A stretch of 64,000 bases of DNA from an uncultured virus (IMG/VR IMGVR_UViG_3300021255_000111). Lineage: Duplodnaviria; Heunggongvirae; Uroviricota; Caudoviricetes. The position numbers were made by a program, and so were the translations under genes. Position 1 is the first letter of the stretch. Each line of letters starts with the position of its first letter. The notes beneath the pieces were generated by a model. The model was not told where the DNA came from. It worked only from the letters and a program-made list of their open reading frames with translations, and searched no databases. The stretch lies in IMG/VR virus record IMGVR_UViG_3300021255_000111. One strand, given 5' to 3'. Shown here piece by piece: positions 1 to 8,859 of this stretch.

Positions 1-1
1 G

Positions 2-205
2 GACTTTGCGAACCTCATCTATACGGAAGGAAGAGGCATCGCATCCCACGCCCTTGCTCTGAAAATCTACAGTGGTGACAAGGACACCGAGTATAACGAA
101 GAAGAGGTGGCCATGATTCGTGATTTCTCGAAAATCTGCAGTCCTTGTATCATTGATGCGTTTGAAACCCTCTTAAATGACAATGGCCATGACAAAGACA
201 ACTAA
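2..205 (+). CDS. 3' end of a hypothetical phage protein (partial)
   Basis: Open frame from position 2 (DFANLIYTEGRGIASHALALKIY...) to TAA at 203-205. Confidence 0.6.
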   Translation, partial: DFANLIYTEGRGIASHALALKIYSGDKDTEYNEEEVAMIRDFSKICSPCIIDAFETLLNDNGHDKDN

Positions 206-725
206 TAGTATTGGAGCAGGAGCCATGTGGCTCACATTTGGCAATGAGGCCTTGCAGGCTATCCATGATTGCCGTTGGCAGATTGTCTGCTGTGTGTTCA
301 TGCTCATCTTCGACTTCTGGTGGGCCTATTCAGAGAACAGGCATCACTTGAAGCACGCTCAGACAGAGAAAGAGAAGAAAAAGTATGAGTGGCGCACCTC
401 ACTGGCAGTACGTAGGACATGCGTCAAGTTCGTTGACTACCTCACTTTCCTTCTGGTTGGTGTTGTCATCGGACTTGCCATCACAGAGCCTTACGAACTT
501 GCCGACCACGTACAGACTGCTGCGGCAGGCATCCTCATAGGCTGCGGCTGTGACGCTGTTTCTGCATGGGGCCACATCTGCGTGGTGCATGGATGGAAGT
601 TCAGACCATCTGACATCTGGAAGTTTTTGAAGCGTTTTGCCGTAGCCCTCATCAAGAAGAAGAGCGAGGACGTAGGTGAGGCCCTTGAAGAGACATTCGA
701 CAAAGAACAAAATATGGAGGACTGA
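177..725 (+). CDS. Holin-like membrane protein
   Basis: Several hydrophobic segments, 'SLAVRRTCVKFVDY' resembling Bacteroidetes phage holins, upstream of an amidase; start could be a later Met. Confidence 0.7.
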   Translation: MTMAMTKTTNSIGAGAMWLTFGNEALQAIHDCRWQIVCCVFMLIFDFWWAYSENRHHLKHAQTEKEKKKYEWRTSLAVRRTCVKFVDYLTFLLVGVVIGLAITEPYELADHVQTAAAGILIGCGCDAVSAWGHICVVHGWKFRPSDIWKFLKRFAVALIKKKSEDVGEALEETFDKEQNMED

Positions 726-727
726 TT

Positions 728-994
728 ATGAAAAAGATTATCGAGTTTCTGAAAAAGGTATTTGAGTGGTTAGGTGACAGCCATCGTTTGCTTCACCTTC
801 TGTTAGGAATGGTTTTCGGACTGTTCGCAAACACGCTGTATTGCGCCATCTATGGTGGTGCAGGTGTGGCAGGTGCTCTGGAGTTCAAGGACTATCAGTG
901 GGGCGGCAAGCCAGACTGGATAGATTTCCTTCTGACATTCGGAGGAACCGTCCTTGGTTTCTTGGTACGTATCTTGGTCATCAAAATGTTTTAG
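728..994 (+). CDS. Small membrane protein in lysis cassette
   Basis: 88 aa, 2-3 hydrophobic helices, between holin and endolysin. Confidence 0.55.
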   Translation: MKKIIEFLKKVFEWLGDSHRLLHLLLGMVFGLFANTLYCAIYGGAGVAGALEFKDYQWGGKPDWIDFLLTFGGTVLGFLVRILVIKMF

Positions 995-997
995 GCT

Positions 998-1657
998 ATG
1001 GATAAGAAGCATGTCATCATTGTGCTTGGTACGGCACACCTCGCCACGACACCTGGCAAGGGCTCTCCAGACGGAAAGTTCAAGGAGTACCGCTACAGTC
1101 GTGAAATGGTCAAGATTATCAAGGCCATCCTCGAAGGCTATGGCTACAGGGTGTTGGTTGACTATGAGGCAGACAAGTTGCCTAAGACCATGCAGACAGC
1201 CAGTATCAAGCAGGAGCAGTCCAGAGAACTTGGGCTGAGAGTGAACTACGTCAACGAGATATGCCGGAACAATGGAAAGGGTAACGTTCTGTATGTTTCC
1301 ATCCACTGCAATGCTGCAGGAGCCGATGGCAAGTGGCATGATGCAAGAGGATGGAGCGTCTATACGTCACCCGGCCAGACAAAATCGGATGAGTTGGCCA
1401 CCTGTTTGTGGAAGAGCGCAGACAAGAACCTGCCTCACAGCCACAAGAACACCATCCGTGCCGACTGGTCTGATAAAGACCCCGACTACGAGGCTGCACT
1501 GTATGTCTTGACAAAGACTAACTGCGTTGCCGTATTGACAGAGAACCTGTTCCAAGACAACAAGGAAGATGTTGCGTACCTCACATCGGACGAAGGCATC
1601 CACGCCATTTCGAGGCTGCATGTCGAGGGTATCATAGACTTCATAGAACGATTCTGA
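998..1657 (+). CDS. Endolysin, N-acetylmuramoyl-L-alanine amidase (Amidase_3-like)
   Basis: Zn-amidase motifs: N-terminal H..E, 'YVSIHCNAA', 'AVLTENLFQDN'. Confidence 0.9.
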   Translation: MDKKHVIIVLGTAHLATTPGKGSPDGKFKEYRYSREMVKIIKAILEGYGYRVLVDYEADKLPKTMQTASIKQEQSRELGLRVNYVNEICRNNGKGNVLYVSIHCNAAGADGKWHDARGWSVYTSPGQTKSDELATCLWKSADKNLPHSHKNTIRADWSDKDPDYEAALYVLTKTNCVAVLTENLFQDNKEDVAYLTSDEGIHAISRLHVEGIIDFIERF

Positions 1658-1659
1658 CA

Positions 1660-1944
1660 ATGGATAGACTAAAGAAGTTTGACAGGGTAGAGTTCGTCAC
1701 CTATATGCCATCAGACAAGGAGTATGGTGTGCTGTATGTCAGCGTGTACTTCGGACTGGCTATCTGTCTTTGCCCAGACGGATGCGGAGAGGAATGTGTT
1801 ATGCCGTTGAAGCCCAACGACCCAGAAGGGTGGACCTACGAGGAAGAGAACGGCAAGGTAACACTCTCTCCATCTGTTCTGGAAACGTCCTGTCCGAACA
1901 AGGCGCATTTTTTTATTAGGGAAAACAAAATTATTTGGGTATGA
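1660..1944 (+). CDS. DUF6527-like small Cys/His protein
   Basis: CPDGCG...W...TLSPSV...C...HFFIR pattern. Confidence 0.6.
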   Translation: MDRLKKFDRVEFVTYMPSDKEYGVLYVSVYFGLAICLCPDGCGEECVMPLKPNDPEGWTYEEENGKVTLSPSVLETSCPNKAHFFIRENKIIWV

Positions 1945-2570
1945 CAGACAAAGAGTATTTCGACCAATTATGGGATAGGAGCAAAGGACGGCTGTTGATT
2001 GCCGCCCTCCTGCTCTGCCTTATCGTCAGTATAGTGTTCAACGTCCACCAGTGCAGCAGGCCTCAGTACGAGCCTGCCAAGTCAGACACGACTACCACTG
2101 TTGAGATAAAGAACCATGTTGACACCATGCCAAAGGAACTGAAGCCAGAAAAGGTTGTCGGCCATGTTACCGTACCTTTCATCCCCAGTTTCTCAATGAG
2201 CGGAAAGAATAAGCCTGCTGAAACCATCTTATATGAACGGAATCGTGAGAATAAGACTGATTCAACCTGCTTGTTTGAACAGAATTGTGAAAATAAGCAT
2301 GAAACGGCTGATTCCATCACCTTAGATGTTGTTCAGCGGACTTATGGAGATTCAACCTACACAGCCTACGTCAGCGGACCTAAGTTCGGAAGCGTAGGGC
2401 CTCAACTTGACAGCATCAATGTAAGGCAGATGTATGTCACCAGAGAAATCACCAATACCGTTGTCGAGCGGAAGCACTGGCATTTCGGTATCGGCACAGG
2501 TGCAGGACTTGGAGTGACAAGCCGCAAGTTTGATATATGGGTAGGCGCAGTGGCAATGTATGAATTTTGA
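1935..2570 (+). CDS. Spanin-like / lysis-associated membrane-anchored protein
   Basis: N-terminal TM helix, C-terminal amphipathic beta strands ending in F, last gene of the lysis cassette. Confidence 0.55.
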   Translation: MGMTDKEYFDQLWDRSKGRLLIAALLLCLIVSIVFNVHQCSRPQYEPAKSDTTTTVEIKNHVDTMPKELKPEKVVGHVTVPFIPSFSMSGKNKPAETILYERNRENKTDSTCLFEQNCENKHETADSITLDVVQRTYGDSTYTAYVSGPKFGSVGPQLDSINVRQMYVTREITNTVVERKHWHFGIGTGAGLGVTSRKFDIWVGAVAMYEF

Positions 2571-2649
2571 TTTGTGTTTCATAGGCAGATGCAACAGCGG
2601 TTGCAGAATGATTGTTTTAGGTTAGTAGTTAGTTTTTATAGTTTTTTGT

Positions 2650-2687
2650 CTCGGTAGCTGTTCGTGAGGAATCGCTACCGATTTTTT
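2650..2687 (+). terminator. Rho-independent terminator of the lysis operon
   Basis: tcggtagc...gctaccga stem followed by a T6 tract. Confidence 0.75.
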
Positions 2688-2693
2688 ACGTCC

Positions 2694-2775
2694 TCTCAGC
2701 GTTTTTCTACTTCACGCCCTAACAACTACCCACCTCGAAAGCAAAAATGTCTCACAGCGTCCGCAATCGTCCTCT
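2694..2775 (+). repeat. Dispersed intergenic repeat, short family, copy E1
   Basis: tctcagcgt...cgccctaacaactacccacc...aaaa.gtctcacagcg...gcaat; related copies at 38.7, 46.7, 52.8 and 58.0 kb. Confidence 0.75.
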
Positions 2776-2920
2776 ATGAGAATCTAAGACTGCCATCCTT
2801 ACAACCGCAAAACCGCAACAGGCGCACGATCATCCTGCAACAGTTAATAATTGATAACGTCCAAAATCGGCCACTGGCCGTTAAGCGCAGTTAATTATCC
2901 GTTAATATTAGATTATTTTG

Positions 2921-3085
2921 ACATTGTTAAGGCTCAGTTAAGTTAACCAACCGTTAAATTCGGATTCTAAAGTTTTACAAGCGTTCCAATTTTCATCCCC
3001 TTACACTTATCCCACCCACTTGGAATTTGGCGAATAGCGAGGATTTTGCTCAAAAAAGTTCAAATGTGCAATTTTCCAACCGTTA
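2921..3085 (+). repeat. Dispersed intergenic repeat, long family, copy A
   Basis: cagttaagttaa...cgttaaat...cccttacacttatcc...ggattttgctcaaaa...aaatgtgcaa; copies at 19.1, 34.05 and 44.55 kb. Confidence 0.8.
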
Positions 3086-4333
3086 ATCTTTGTTTATACC
3101 CAGAACATAGTCCATGACCATTCTGTTGGCTCTGTCAACCTTCTCCCTGTTGAAGTCAATGTAGATGGCCGTTGTCTTGTTCGTTGTCGAGTGACCGAGG
3201 GCAGCTGATATGGTAGCGTCTGGAATGTCGAGTTCGCTTGCGATGGTTGCCCATGTATGACGTGCCCAATACGATGACAGTCCAGGAAAGGCAGAATGAT
3301 GCACCTTGTGTAGCCTGTGTTTCTTTGAGCCACGTTTCCACTCTGGATTCGGCTCATAGGTGACAGGCCCTATCTCCTTCAGTCCCCTGTCGAACTTCTT
3401 GGTGAATGTCGTTGGCTTGGATATTCCGTCAAGGAGGTTGAGCAGATACCCCTTCCCACTGTAGCGGCTGATAATCTCAATCGCCTCTGGTTCTACCTTG
3501 ATGGAGTACATCTTCTTCGTCTTGGCTCTCTTATAGACCAGATACCCTTCATTGGAAATCTCATACAGCAGGCACAGGTCAGTAACATTGATGCCGATGA
3601 GGAAGAAGGACAGCTTGAACATGTCAAGGTAGCGTTGCTGATACGGCTCCACAGGATAGTTGAACAACTCTCTTAGTTGCTCCATAGTGAGTGACCTCTT
3701 CTGTGTGGCCTCTGGACGGATCTTGAATTTGCGGAACGGATAGACACTTATGATGTCGTTGTCTATCGCATCATTGAACACGGCACGGATATTGCGAAGG
3801 TGGATATTCCTTCCGTTCTTGGCAGGATTGTACTTCATCAGAAACCTGTCGAAGCCGTCAAGCCATTCCTTGTTTATTTCCTCGAAGGTGCGAGTTCTGG
3901 CCTTGCTGTCATACTCCAGAACACGTTTTATCGTTATCTCGTATTTCTCCTTGGTGCTCTGTGCATCCCTTGTTGCAGCGTAAGCCTCCATCCTTGGCAG
4001 AAAGGCATTAGGCTCCACGTCTTTAGGCTCCAGTACCGCAAGTACCTTGTTCTTTATCTGCGTTGCGGTGAGTTTCGTCAGTTCGCCATCAGCGGTAAGC
4101 CTCATCACGATATTGGCCACCTCTGTCTTTCTGGTATCAATATACGAGTTGAGTTTGTTCTTGTTCGGATGGTCTTTGATTTTCTCCCTTACTGCATCCC
4201 ACTGGGAAGGGAATATCCAGAGTTTGAGCGGAATGTATGCCGAGGAACCCTTCTTGTTGATTCCGATTTTGATTTGCGCCTCATCTGCTCTAATTGTCCT
4301 TTTGTCGAGATAAAGATGTATTGATGCTGCCAT
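3083..4333 (-). CDS. int: Tyrosine recombinase/integrase (Bacteroidetes arm-binding + SAM-like + catalytic domains)
   Basis: 416 aa; 'YWARHTWATIA', 'ALGHS', 'TTAIY' catalytic region; adjacent to a tRNA-derived attP. Confidence 0.92.
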   Translation of the reverse strand: MAASIHLYLDKRTIRADEAQIKIGINKKGSSAYIPLKLWIFPSQWDAVREKIKDHPNKNKLNSYIDTRKTEVANIVMRLTADGELTKLTATQIKNKVLAVLEPKDVEPNAFLPRMEAYAATRDAQSTKEKYEITIKRVLEYDSKARTRTFEEINKEWLDGFDRFLMKYNPAKNGRNIHLRNIRAVFNDAIDNDIISVYPFRKFKIRPEATQKRSLTMEQLRELFNYPVEPYQQRYLDMFKLSFFLIGINVTDLCLLYEISNEGYLVYKRAKTKKMYSIKVEPEAIEIISRYSGKGYLLNLLDGISKPTTFTKKFDRGLKEIGPVTYEPNPEWKRGSKKHRLHKVHHSAFPGLSSYWARHTWATIASELDIPDATISAALGHSTTNKTTAIYIDFNREKVDRANRMVMDYVLGINKD

Positions 4334-4338
4334 ATCTG

Positions 4339-4397
4339 TTGCGGTTAGTTGCGGTGTATTTGCGGTTTTTTCAGCAAAATTGCGGTTGAATTGCGGT
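4339..4397. repeat. Integrase arm-type sites, left arm (5 x TTGCGGT)
   Basis: TTGCGGT at 4339, 4349, 4360, 4380, 4391. Confidence 0.75.
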
Positions 4398-4492
4398 GGA
4401 TTTTGCCCTAAAAGTCCTCAAAGTTCCACATGATTTGACTGAAATCGTTTCTTCATTGCTCTCTTGAAACCCCGATGTACAGGGCGTTTTCC

Positions 4493-4550
4493 TGCGGAGA
4501 GAACAGGATTCGAACCTGCGAACCGGTTTTGCCGGTTACACGCTTTCCAG
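4493..4550 (-). other. attP core: 3' half of tRNA-Ser(GGA)
   Basis: Minus strand CTGGAAA-GCGTG-taaccggcaaaaccggtt-cgcaggTTCGAATcctgttctctccgca: anticodon loop, long variable arm, T arm and acceptor 3' strand; the 5' half is absent. Confidence 0.88.
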
Positions 4551-4612
4551 ACCTGCGACAAAAAGTTGTAAGGTGCTGATTTTGAACACGTTGAAAAATC
4601 GCTGTTTCCGAC

Positions 4613-4653
4613 TTGCGGTGTATTTGCGGTTTTTTCGGTTCCAAAGTTGCGGT
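4613..4653. repeat. Integrase arm-type sites, right arm (3 x TTGCGGT)
   Basis: TTGCGGT at 4613, 4624, 4647; ttgcggtgtatttgcggttttttc is identical to the left arm. Confidence 0.75.
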
Positions 4654-4724
4654 TTGACCCATTCTCGACCATATTTGTTTCACTATGTTACAATATCAGT
4701 TATAAAGTTAAAAATACGTAATAA

Positions 4725-4802
4725 TTAGATTATCTTAGTCTAATCTAAAAATATTTTCGTACCTTTGCATTGTGCAATCACTAATAACAGTGCAAATGTA
4801 CG
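4725..4802. promoter_or_regulatory. Operator inverted repeat plus opposed promoter pair
   Basis: TTAGATTA-N8-TAATCTAA; TACCTTTG -7 box on + (~4760); TACATTTG on - (~4793-4800); paralogous to 8860-8935. Confidence 0.65.
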
Positions 4803-4873
4803 GAATTTCCGTTGTTGTACCAAATTGAGAGCACAAAGTAGTCTATTTATTAACGTTTTTAACACTAAGAGCA

Positions 4874-5086
4874 ATGAAAAAGTCAATGAAAGAGTTGTGG
4901 CTTCTCTGGAAAAAGTCAGTCGCTTGGGATGAGAAAACCTTGAAGCAGAAGTTGATTAGTGCATGGTTCAGCCTGTCGTTCCCACTTGTGGCCATTGTAG
5001 GCGGATCATGGCTTGCAGTCATCGCCATCGTGAATCTTGTTGCGGCAGCGTATTTCACTGTCAAGAATGTACCAGTTAGCGAGTAA
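4874..5086 (+). CDS. Small membrane protein
   Basis: 70 aa, two hydrophobic segments, CACTAAGAGCA-ATG leader. Confidence 0.7.
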   Translation: MKKSMKELWLLWKKSVAWDEKTLKQKLISAWFSLSFPLVAIVGGSWLAVIAIVNLVAAAYFTVKNVPVSE

Positions 5087-5098
5087 GGAGGACAGGCT

Positions 5099-5914
5099 AT
5101 GAAAAAGGAAAATGTAAAGTTGTTCAAGCAGTTCCTCGTTCATCGTGGTCTTGACACGTTATTCAGAGGTTTGTACAGGCAGTACCGCTTTGACAAGAAC
5201 CCAGAGGACTTCGACCAGTACCTGGAGCAGGTGGATTCCTACTTTGTCATCGAGGAAGCGTTTGACTTCAACAAGATTAAGGCCTCATCTTCATTTGACG
5301 GAGGCTATTGGGCGCAACTCTCCAAGCGTTGGCGCAAGTACATGAAGAAGCAGGCAGAGCATGGCTACTACAGGGATGAGGTTATTATCCCGAGAAGGCC
5401 AGTCATGAACGCAGACGGTAGTGTTCACGTATCACCTACTGCACCACCACCCCACATGCCGGAGCCAGAGCGTCCATAACCAGAGATTGAGCATGACTGG
5501 TCTGGTATGAACCTTATCCCACTGAAGGCTACAGGCAAGCGTCAGATGGACCCGCCATCAGCCCATCAGATAAGGGTGTGTACGACCAGTGGCAACACTG
5601 TTGTTCTGAGCACGTATCTCTCATCGCCTCTCGTAGAGAACGGATTGATGACTATGGAAATGCAGGTTGACCGAGACACCAACAGAATGGTGTTCGTGTT
5701 CGGTACCAGTTCGCAGTACACAGTCCATCAGTATAGTAGTAACCTGTACTCTGTCGCTCACAAGTCCATCATTGAATACCTCCAGAAGTATATCAAGACC
5801 AAGTTCGACCCAAAGAAGGTGTACTACATCAGTACAGGTGACACCATCTGGAACAAGGATAAGACGAAGTGCGCTGTCGTTATCACCAACAAAGTAATTG
5901 AGAAGGAGAGATAG
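5099..5914 (+). pseudogene. Hypothetical gene split by one in-frame TAA (or two adjacent ORFs 5099-5479 and 5507-5914)
   Basis: Both ORFs share a frame; ...PEPERP*PEIEHDWSGMNLIP... reads continuously across TAA 5477-5479. Confidence 0.5.
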
Positions 5915-5916
5915 TT

Positions 5917-6141
5917 ATGAAGAATACCGTATTAGCCAAGAGCGTCATTCTCATTGATGTCATGCTGAATGGTTCTTTCGTCTGCCAAGTACAGATGCCT
6001 CATTGTGCTCTCTTTCCTGTCAGCGAAAGAGAGGTGCGCCAGTTTGTTATTGATAAACGTCCGAGCCTAAAGGGTAAGGCTTTTAAGACAGAGTTCTCGA
6101 CAGCCGCCCCACTCTTGAAGCAGGACACAAACGTAGGATGA
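5917..6141 (+). CDS. Hypothetical phage protein
   Basis: Tightly packed co-oriented ORF. Confidence 0.6.
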   Translation: MKNTVLAKSVILIDVMLNGSFVCQVQMPHCALFPVSEREVRQFVIDKRPSLKGKAFKTEFSTAAPLLKQDTNVG

Positions 6142-6144
6142 GCT

Positions 6145-6549
6145 ATGACTATCACTATTTTCGCTTTGTTCGTAGCATACACCCTGTGTTGTATTGCTGA
6201 TGGCCCAGACGTAAAGCCCATTATCAAAAGACGTCTGAGTAGGTATCTTGAGGTGCAGGCAAATCGCCTGCATCCCATCCAGTACATCCATCCTGTTATA
6301 AGGCAGGCCCGTGACAGCCGTCTGGAAAATGTCGTTAGATTCGGAGAGGATGAGATTTTGAGTACAATGAGACGCAAGCACTGCTCACCAGAAATGGCTG
6401 TAAGGCTAATTACTGATGATAGCAAAAGTTATCTGGCAAAATCCATTGCAAAGGCTCTGCTCGATGGCGGGTTCGTTGAGTTCAAGACTGACAGGGATTT
6501 TACAGGTGCATTTTATGTTAGGGCTATTTGCTACGCTACAAAATATTGA
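6145..6549 (+). CDS. Hypothetical protein with N-terminal hydrophobic segment
   Basis: Operon packing. Confidence 0.6.
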   Translation: MTITIFALFVAYTLCCIADGPDVKPIIKRRLSRYLEVQANRLHPIQYIHPVIRQARDSRLENVVRFGEDEILSTMRRKHCSPEMAVRLITDDSKSYLAKSIAKALLDGGFVEFKTDRDFTGAFYVRAICYATKY

Positions 6550-6553
6550 GACT

Positions 6554-7027
6554 ATGAGAAAGTTATATCAGTTCTTGTTTAAGACGTTTGTCTCTCAGAT
6601 ATTCATCTGGAAGTTCTACACCATCAAGGAGTTCTTTCAGAATGGTGGATATATCTTCACTCTCATGCCTGGCTGTCAAGATGGCACGAATCTTGGGAAC
6701 TATTGCAAGTACCTGTCCTATGATGCTTTCGTAAAAGACTGGCCACATAACCACTGGCTTCGTGGTGAGCATTCAGAATATGTTATCTATGGAGTAAAGG
6801 CAAAGTACGATAATGTTCCAGAGCATGGATTTGTCTGCAGGGTTCCAAAGAATGTTCCGAACTATCCGAATGTCGCACTGGCAATAATAGTTAGCGGAAT
6901 CGTCATCGTTGCCTGTTCTTTGTTCTGTCTGTCCGCTATAGCAGGATTCACCTTCATAGGTGCTGTAGTAACTTGCATTGGTGCCCTGCTGTATCGCCAG
7001 AGTATTCGTTTACCAAAAGAAAAGTAG
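6554..7027 (+). CDS. Hypothetical membrane protein
   Basis: ATG 6554 follows the upstream stop; two C-terminal TM segments. Confidence 0.6.
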   Translation: MRKLYQFLFKTFVSQIFIWKFYTIKEFFQNGGYIFTLMPGCQDGTNLGNYCKYLSYDAFVKDWPHNHWLRGEHSEYVIYGVKAKYDNVPEHGFVCRVPKNVPNYPNVALAIIVSGIVIVACSLFCLSAIAGFTFIGAVVTCIGALLYRQSIRLPKEK

Positions 7028-7032
7028 TAAGT

Positions 7033-7275
7033 ATGCCAGACCTGTTTGATAAAGACCCTGCATTTGTCTACAGAGACAAGAAGGGCCGCTTCGCCACTCC
7101 AGAGAAAGCGATGACAGACAAGGCCATCGAGGAAAACAAGATGCTGCGTCTGCAGGTCGAGAAGTTCAGACGTGCCTACCTTGCAGCCGCCAGTATGTCA
7201 TCGAAATACCATCGTGAGTTGGTGGAACTCAAAGATAGGGTCAAGAATCTACTGAAGGAAGGAGGTGCAGTATGA
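7033..7275 (+). CDS. Hypothetical coiled-coil protein
   Basis: ATG 7033; stop overlaps the next start (ATGA). Confidence 0.6.
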   Translation: MPDLFDKDPAFVYRDKKGRFATPEKAMTDKAIEENKMLRLQVEKFRRAYLAAASMSSKYHRELVELKDRVKNLLKEGGAV

Positions 7276-7472
7276 TTACCTGTGACGAGCCAGTAGTTAA
7301 CGCATCCAGTCGCTACAGTATCGGCCAGACATGCGCCATCCTCAATATTACCAGAAAGACTTTGGCCAAGTACACCAAGGCAGGTCTTATCAAATGTGGC
7401 TATCGGCCACAGACATACCGCAAGTTCTATACAGGGCTTGACATCATGAAGTTCTGGAGGGCTGCGGTGTAG
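7272..7472 (+). CDS. Excisionase-like/MerR-type HTH protein
   Basis: 66 aa, 'YSIGQTCAILNITRKTLAKYTKAGLI' winged-HTH pattern, near int/attP. Confidence 0.7.
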   Translation: MITCDEPVVNASSRYSIGQTCAILNITRKTLAKYTKAGLIKCGYRPQTYRKFYTGLDIMKFWRAAV

Positions 7473-7493
7473 TTTTCTTTAAAGCCATTTACG

Positions 7494-7530
7494 ATGCCCA
7501 CCGCCTGTGAAGGTCGTTGGCATTTTTCTT
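7494..7530 (+). terminator. Probable terminator
   Basis: atgcc...cctgtgaagg...ggcat stem followed by a T tract. Confidence 0.55.
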
Positions 7531-7650
7531 GCCGTCCTGCAAGCGTCCAACAACCGTCCAACCATCAACCCCTTTATATAAAGGCTTTCCGAAGGACTGC
7601 GAGGCTAAAAGCGTCCAACAAACGTCCAGCAAACGTCCACAACTAAAGAA
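7531..7650 (+). repeat. Stand-alone iteron-like array (CGTCC, 11-bp period)
   Basis: CGTCC at 7533, 7544, 7555, 7612, 7623, 7634; near-identical to the repeats inside the replication gene. Confidence 0.8.
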
Positions 7651-7720
7651 TATATATGTATAGTTATTCCTTTCAGTCATAACTCTACAAACAAACAAAT
7701 ATACGTGCGTGTGCGCGATA

Positions 7721-8119
7721 TTACTGGAAGCGATAGTACCTGTAACTCTTACCAGACAGTCCGAAGCCAACTTCATCAAGTTGCATGTAGTCACTGCCGA
7801 ATGAAATGTAATACACCAAGGTACGAGTTTTCAGATATACATCGTCAACGGAGTACTGGCTTGTTCCATTGATGGCCGATTTCTCATAGGCATACCTATA
7901 TGAGCCATCTGTAAAGAATTGCAGGGTGTCGTGGTTCTCGACCTCCTTATAGTCAATCGTCTGGATTGGTGCTGAATACCTGTTTACCCACTTTCCGATA
8001 ACAGCCTGTCTGTTGTAGGCCGCTTTCTGTTCTGCCGGATTTGGCGCATCGTCACCGTCACCGCCCCCACAGGATGCAAGGCAAACAGCGGCCACCATGA
8101 TTGTAAAAAGTCTCTTCAT
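7721..8119 (-). CDS. Lipoprotein (lipocalin-like), candidate superinfection exclusion
   Basis: MKRLFTIMVAAVCLASC signal II/lipobox; 'IGKW' motif; downstream of the repressor on the same strand. Confidence 0.7.
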   Translation of the reverse strand: MKRLFTIMVAAVCLASCGGGDGDDAPNPAEQKAAYNRQAVIGKWVNRYSAPIQTIDYKEVENHDTLQFFTDGSYRYAYEKSAINGTSQYSVDDVYLKTRTLVYYISFGSDYMQLDEVGFGLSGKSYRYYRFQ

Positions 8120-8151
8120 ATACAAATATACATTAAAGAATAAAAAACGTC

Positions 8152-8499
8152 TCATATCGAATCTATTACGGAATCACGGAACATCTGTCCGTTGCCACAC
8201 AACAGCCATTCAGCAGAAACACCGTAGTCATGTACCAAGAAGGACAGCCATTCTGGTTTTAGGAATCGTTTCTCTGGCTCGCTGCGAAGGGTGCTGAAAT
8301 TCCAGTAGTTGATGCCGTATCTGTCAGTGAAGGTTTTCATGCCTCGGATTCTTCGCTGCATCTGTAGTGTGTCGATGGCAAGGAAGAAGCGTTTGGTTAT
8401 TGCCACACCTTCTGTAGAAATCTTGATAATCATAGCGTATAGTATTTTCCGTTCAGATAGAAGATGTGCGCTTGTTGGCAGTCTTTTCAAAATCGCCAT
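8152..8499 (-). CDS. HTH DNA-binding protein
   Basis: 'YGVSAEWLLCGNGQMF' XRE-type C-terminal signature; start may be a later Met. Confidence 0.7.
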   Translation of the reverse strand: MAILKRLPTSAHLLSERKILYAMIIKISTEGVAITKRFFLAIDTLQMQRRIRGMKTFTDRYGINYWNFSTLRSEPEKRFLKPEWLSFLVHDYGVSAEWLLCGNGQMFRDSVIDSI

Positions 8500-8836
8500 T
8501 CTCCATCATGATAGAGAGCAGGCGTTCAAGGTTGCTTGCATCCCTCTCATGAATCTCGATGAGTTTGTCTATCCTGTCGAGAAGCTGCGGAACCAGATCT
8601 TGTTCGTTGACAGCCGAAACAGGAACATCTTTCAGCATTTCACCTTGGCCTGTCATGAGCCAGTCGGTGTTCAACTGAGGAAACCTCGCACTGATAGCGT
8701 TCAAGGATGATTTGCGCATCCTGGAGTTCGTCTTGTCAACGAATCCGTTTGCCAGACCAGCCTCACGCTCGAATACTGACTTGTCAAGGCCGATGTGGCC
8801 GAGAAAATCCATCAATCTACCTTTTACTGCGTCCAT
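8453..8836 (-). CDS. CI-like XRE repressor
   Basis: 'FEREAGLANGFV', 'LNTDWLMTGQGEML'; divergent from a Cro-like gene. Confidence 0.75.
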   Translation of the reverse strand: MDAVKGRLMDFLGHIGLDKSVFEREAGLANGFVDKTNSRMRKSSLNAISARFPQLNTDWLMTGQGEMLKDVPVSAVNEQDLVPQLLDRIDKLIEIHERDASNLERLLSIMMENGDFEKTANKRTSSI

Positions 8837-8859
8837 TGTTAAACTACATTAAATTTTAG

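Noticed and set aside
4493..4560. Full tRNA-Ser gene
   Set aside because: Only the 3' half is present; the anticodon stem 5' strand, D arm and acceptor 5' strand are missing, so it is called attP
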